A stretch of 64,000 bases of DNA from contig JANOBO010000155.1 in assembly GCA_031411695.1 (NCBI GenBank), positions 827 through 64,826 of the forward strand. Reading direction: 5' to 3'. Positions within the stretch are counted from its first letter, which is position 1, and each line of letters starts with the position of its first letter. Positions 60,146-64,000 of the stretch are shown one piece after another. A model generated the notes under the pieces. That model ran no database searches, was not told where the DNA came from, and saw only the letters and a program-made list of their open reading frames with translations. Source of the DNA: Verrucomicrobiaceae bacterium. GTDB taxonomy: Bacteria; Verrucomicrobiota; Verrucomicrobiia; Verrucomicrobiales; Verrucomicrobiaceae. Both the position numbers and the translations under genes were made by a program.

Positions 60146-61846
60146 ATGAAAACAAGATCCGCTCTGATTCCCACCGCCTCTTCCGTTGCGCTGCTTGGCT
60201 TTTTTTGCAGTCACCTCACTGCCGCCGATGCGCTTCGCCTCAAGACCGAAACCTTTGATCGCGATCCCGGCTGGGAGAACATCAACAACCGCATCGAAGC
60301 CTCCGATCCGCCGACGGTGACGCAGGACTTTGGCTGGAGTCCTGGCAGGATCGGCGGGACAGTGTGGAAATCCACGACGCCGGCGTGGTATGGCATGCCG
60401 CTGAAGCAGCCGCTGTCGTTCAAGGATGCGTTCTCGGCTTCAGGCAAGATCGCCGTGACGCGCCGTGCGGCTGGGAGAGAAGGCGTTGCTTATCTCGGCT
60501 TCTTCAATCACGAGCGCCAGGGCTGGCGGCCTTGGTCTTCGATGGTGATGCGCCTGATGGATGATGGCGACACGGCGGGCATCTTCCTCGATTACATGAC
60601 GGGCAAATGGGAGGCGGGCGCGGCGGAGATGGAGCTGGCGATCCCAGCGGATGGCTCCGAGCACACCTGGCGGCTGACTTATGATCCGAATGCCACGCGC
60701 GCGCCGTGGACGGACACGCGCCTTTATAGTTACCTGACGACGCAGCGGCAGACGGCGGAAGATACTCTCGCCAAAGCATTGCTGGTCGAGCCGGAGCTGA
60801 CGCTCGCCGCGCTGGAGCAGCGTTTGCAGGCGGCGCTCGATCGAGGGCTGGTAACTTTTCTCGAGCGTGTCAGGAAGAAGTGGTGGCTGCTCAAGCAGGA
60901 CAAGCAAGACCTCAAAGGTGCCGTCACCGTGCAGGTCGATGGCGGCGTGGAATACCGCACATATCTCACTGCCGAATTGCGCGATCAGCCCGTGGTGCTG
61001 GATCGCTTCGGGATTTTCAACATGCAGCTCGCGCACGGCGCAGTGACTTTTCATGTCTCGGACTTGGTGGTGAATGGCGCGATGATTGATCTGAGCAAAG
61101 ATCCCGGATGGGACGGGCACGGCAATCGCACCACATTCGTCGAGCGCGATTTTCGGCGGCAGAACTTTGGTTTCAGTGCGGACACGCAACACGCGGGCGG
61201 CGCGAAGGGCGAAATCGGCGGACAATTTTATAACATTGAGCCGACCGAAACGCGGCACGGTTTCTACGCCGACGATGTGGGCCGCCTCACGCTTGATGAT
61301 CCAATCCGGTTCGCGGGGAAGATCACGTTCATTGAAGGCTCGACGGATGCCGGGATGTTCTTCGGCTTCTTCCGCAAGGAGGATGAACAAGCCGTTCTCG
61401 GACCGAACAAACCCGGCGACGCGAGCGGCTGGCCGCAGCCCAACACTTTGGGCGTGCAGGTCGATGGCCCGGCGCGGATTGGGTGGTGGTTCATCCCGGT
61501 CGTCACCGCAGCCGACCGCAAGCTCTCGCGCAAGATGGATGGCACGCTCTTCCTGCCGACGCGCGCGCACCGCACCTTCGATTTCGTCTATGATCCGCAG
61601 GCAAACAAGGGCGTGGGCCGCATCACCGTGACGCTCGATGGCGAGCCGCCGTTCAACCTCGACCTCACGCCCGAGCAGCGCAAAGCCGGCGCTACCTTCG
61701 ACCGCTTCGGCCTGACGAGTTTCCGCCGCGGCGGCAAATTCAGCCGGCTCTATTTCGACGACTTGACTTACACGACGCGCCGGCCCGCCGACGCGCCGCC
61801 GATGCGGCACGAGCAGAAAATCATCACGGTGCCTTTTCCCCGATGA
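60146..61846 (+). CDS. Secreted hypothetical protein (paralog of the 63678 gene)
   Basis: 566 aa with a signal peptide. The N-terminal 'LKTETFDRDPGWENINNRIE..PPTVTQDFGWS' is shared with the ORF at 63678. I recognise no family. Confidence 0.8.
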   Translation: MKTRSALIPTASSVALLGFFCSHLTAADALRLKTETFDRDPGWENINNRIEASDPPTVTQDFGWSPGRIGGTVWKSTTPAWYGMPLKQPLSFKDAFSASGKIAVTRRAAGREGVAYLGFFNHERQGWRPWSSMVMRLMDDGDTAGIFLDYMTGKWEAGAAEMELAIPADGSEHTWRLTYDPNATRAPWTDTRLYSYLTTQRQTAEDTLAKALLVEPELTLAALEQRLQAALDRGLVTFLERVRKKWWLLKQDKQDLKGAVTVQVDGGVEYRTYLTAELRDQPVVLDRFGIFNMQLAHGAVTFHVSDLVVNGAMIDLSKDPGWDGHGNRTTFVERDFRRQNFGFSADTQHAGGAKGEIGGQFYNIEPTETRHGFYADDVGRLTLDDPIRFAGKITFIEGSTDAGMFFGFFRKEDEQAVLGPNKPGDASGWPQPNTLGVQVDGPARIGWWFIPVVTAADRKLSRKMDGTLFLPTRAHRTFDFVYDPQANKGVGRITVTLDGEPPFNLDLTPEQRKAGATFDRFGLTSFRRGGKFSRLYFDDLTYTTRRPADAPPMRHEQKIITVPFPR

Positions 61847-61883
61847 AGAACACCGCAGAGGTTGTAAAGCCGCAGAGTAACAT

Positions 61884-61968
61884 GGGCGTCCCGCCTGTGT
61901 GTGTTTGGGGCGTCCCGACCCAAAGCGTTTCAGGTGGGACGCCAGCAACACGCACTGCCGGGACGGGC
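61884..61968. repeat. Nested imperfect palindrome upstream of the sulfatase gene
   Basis: GGGCGTCCCG (61884), GGGGCGTCCCG (61907), GGGACGCC (61936) and CCGGGACGGGC (61958) are arranged as A-A'-a'-a. A separate 10-bp-arm hairpin, GATTCGACTGgCAGTCGAATC, lies at 61986-62006. Confidence 0.6.
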
Positions 61969-62061
61969 TGTGTTAAAGCGACGTAGATTCGACTGGCAGT
62001 CGAATCCGGTTCGAACCCCTCGGGGAGTAAAAAAATCGTGGTCACCTAAGGCACGCTCACC

Positions 62062-63573
62062 ATGAAAGTATCCGCGCTCCTTTTTTCGCTTCTCATCGTT
62101 CTTTGCGGCCTGGCTTTATCTGCGGAGAGGCCCATGCAGCTCAATGTGCTTTTCATCGTCGCCGATGACCTCCGACCGGACCTCGGCTGCTACGGTCAGA
62201 CGGAAGTTCATTCGCCGAACCTCGACCGGCTGGCAGCCCGCGGGCTGGTTTTCGAGCGCGCCTATTGCCAGGTGGCGTTATGCAATCCGAGCCGCGCGTC
62301 GGTGCTCACCGGAAGGCGTCCCGATACGACGCAGGTGCTGGACAACGGCGCGCATGTTCGCCAGGCGATGCCAGGCGTGGTCACGCTGCCGCAGTTTTTC
62401 CGGGAGCACGGCTGGCACACGCAAGGGATGGGGAAAATTTTCCATCCCGGCTGCGACGACGCACCGTCGTGGAGCGTCCCGCATTGGCATCCGCAGCAGC
62501 AGTTTGAAGGACCTGGAGCAGAGGCGCTCATCGCAAAATATGAATCCTACTACGGCGGGGAGGGCCGGGCCGTGGTGCGTCAGCGCGCGGCCGCGGCGAT
62601 CCAATCCGGAACGAGCGCGCAGAGCCTCAAGCCGAAGAACCTGCTCGGTCCGGCATGGGAGGCGCCGGACGTTGCGGACGAGGAACTGCTCGACGGCCAA
62701 ACGGCCACTCGAGCGATCGAGGCGCTACGCGAAGTGAAAGGTCGGCCCTTCTTTCTCGCGGTTGGTTTTCTCAAGCCCCACCTACCCTTCGTCGCGCCGA
62801 AGAAATACTGGGATCTGTATTCGCCGGAAAATATGCGCTCCGCCTCGCCGCTATCCCCGAAGGACGCTCCGCTGTGGGCACTGCACGAGTGGAGTGAACT
62901 GCGCAGCTTCGTGGGCATGCCGAAAACCGGCCCGTTGAGTGACGAGCAGGCCCGCCAGATGATCCACGGCTACCGCGCCGCGACGAGTTACCTGGACGCG
63001 CAGGTCGGTCGGGTGCTTGATGAGTTGGACCGGCTCGGATTGCGCGAGAAAACCATCGTCGTGTTTTGGGGCGATCATGGCTGGCAGCTCGGCGAGCACG
63101 GCTTGTGGTGCAAGCACACCAACTTCGAGCTGGCCACGCGCGCGCCGCTCATCCTCTCCGCGCCGGGCATGAAGTCCGCAGGCCGGCGCACTGCGGCGCT
63201 GGTCGAGTTCGTGGATATATATCCGACGCTTGCCGAACTCTGCGGCCTCCCGCTCCCGCCGGAACTCGAGGGCGCGAGCCTGGTGCCGCTGCTGGCGAAA
63301 CCTGACCGGGCGTGGAAGCCCGCCGCATTCAGCCAGTATCTCCGTGCAGGCAAGGATCCGCACATGGGTTACTCCATGCGCACCGATCGCTACCGCTTCA
63401 CCCGCTGGGTCCGGCTCGACGACCCCGCGCGAGTCGATGGGTTGGAACTTTACGACCACCAAAGCGACCCGGAGGAAAACGTGAACATCGCCGGCGAGCC
63501 AAAGCACGCCGGACTCGTCGCGCAACTCACGGCGCAATTGCTGCAAGGCTGGCGCGGTGCGCTTCCGAAGTAA
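62062..63573 (+). CDS. Sulfatase (iduronate-2-sulfatase-like, formylglycine-dependent)
   Basis: 503 aa with a signal peptide. 'NVLFIVADDLRPDLGCYG', 'LCNPSRASVLTGRRPD' (CxPxR FGly motif) and 'VVFWGDHGWQLGEHGLWCKH' are present. Confidence 0.93.
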   Translation: MKVSALLFSLLIVLCGLALSAERPMQLNVLFIVADDLRPDLGCYGQTEVHSPNLDRLAARGLVFERAYCQVALCNPSRASVLTGRRPDTTQVLDNGAHVRQAMPGVVTLPQFFREHGWHTQGMGKIFHPGCDDAPSWSVPHWHPQQQFEGPGAEALIAKYESYYGGEGRAVVRQRAAAAIQSGTSAQSLKPKNLLGPAWEAPDVADEELLDGQTATRAIEALREVKGRPFFLAVGFLKPHLPFVAPKKYWDLYSPENMRSASPLSPKDAPLWALHEWSELRSFVGMPKTGPLSDEQARQMIHGYRAATSYLDAQVGRVLDELDRLGLREKTIVVFWGDHGWQLGEHGLWCKHTNFELATRAPLILSAPGMKSAGRRTAALVEFVDIYPTLAELCGLPLPPELEGASLVPLLAKPDRAWKPAAFSQYLRAGKDPHMGYSMRTDRYRFTRWVRLDDPARVDGLELYDHQSDPEENVNIAGEPKHAGLVAQLTAQLLQGWRGALPK

Positions 63574-63677
63574 TCTCCTGAGCAGTTAAACTCGATTCGA
63601 TAGAACACCGATCAGACCCACATAACTAACCAGCGGCCCGCGCGGAAGCTGTTCAACCTATAACCCAGAACCAGTCC

Positions 63678-64000
63678 ATGAACCCCACTCCACGAATCTT
63701 GCTAGCATCTCTACTGGCGGCCAGCGTTGTCCAAGCCCAGCCGACACTCAAAACCGAAACCTTCGACGGCGATCCTGGCTGGGAGGGGCATGGCAACCGC
63801 GTCGAGTTGAAAGCACCGCCAGTGGTGAAGCAGGATTTTGGTTTCAGTGCGACGCAGTTCGCTGGCAAGACGGCGGGAGAGATCGGTGGAAAGATCACGC
63901 GCACGACGAAGCCTGCTTATTACGCCACGGAGATCGCGCCGAAGACGCTGGATGATGCGCTCGCGGCGTCTGGCAGTTTTTCGATCAAGGCCTCGCAGCC
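63678..64000 (+). CDS. Secreted hypothetical protein, paralog of 60146..61846 (5' part only; runs off the window)
   Basis: Hand translation gives MNPTPRILLASLLAASVVQAQPTLKTETFDGDPGWEGHGNRVELKAPPVVKQDFGFSATQF... It is open to the window end. Confidence 0.75.
   Translation, partial: MNPTPRILLASLLAASVVQAQPTLKTETFDGDPGWEGHGNRVELKAPPVVKQDFGFSATQFAGKTAGEIGGKITRTTKPAYYATEIAPKTLDDALAASGSFSIKASQ

Noticed and set aside
61986-62045. The hairpin plus GGTTCGAACCCC and an A-run, considered as a tRNA or intrinsic terminator.
   Set aside because: No cloverleaf can be formed. The A-run follows the stem on the plus strand and the T-run precedes it on the minus strand, so it fits neither terminator orientation.

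Overview
The window is about 60% GC. It looks like chromosomal DNA from a Verrucomicrobiota/PVC-type bacterium. I infer this from the gene content: a PATR-repeat giant surface protein, three PSCyt/DUF1549/DUF1553 genes (two paired with DUF1501), an LpxC-FabZ fusion, a DUF1080 protein and a sulfatase. No database search was possible, so every family call rests on motifs I recognise in the supplied translations or in my own hand translations.

Most genes are housekeeping:
- Sulfate assimilation: cysH-tauE-cysD-[vapBC]-cysN.
- Biosynthesis and envelope: lysA, bioB, threonine dehydratase, sua5/tsaC, murJ, panC, nadB, lpxC-fabZ, lpxA, opgG.
- Transport: two ABC-2 exporters.

Small accessory insertions are scattered among them. 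These are VapBC, MntA/HepT, a decayed DUF4160/DUF2442 pair and a DUF3570-ApbE-DUF4266 cluster.

The most unusual signal is in the repeats, not the genes. A RAYT-like (IS200/Y1 HUH) transposase domain is flanked on both sides by its own REP doublets. It has no start codon or upstream stop of its own and is read through in frame from sua5. Copies of this REP family sit in frame inside sua5, panC and the murJ N-terminus, always in the same reading frame. At least two to four further palindromic element types occur. Three more of their copies lie in frame inside a methyltransferase gene and a DUF1549/DUF1553 gene. This resembles the Rickettsia palindromic-element situation.

I found no rRNA, tRNA or CRISPR. 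Long antisense ORFs in the track are GC-driven shadow ORFs.
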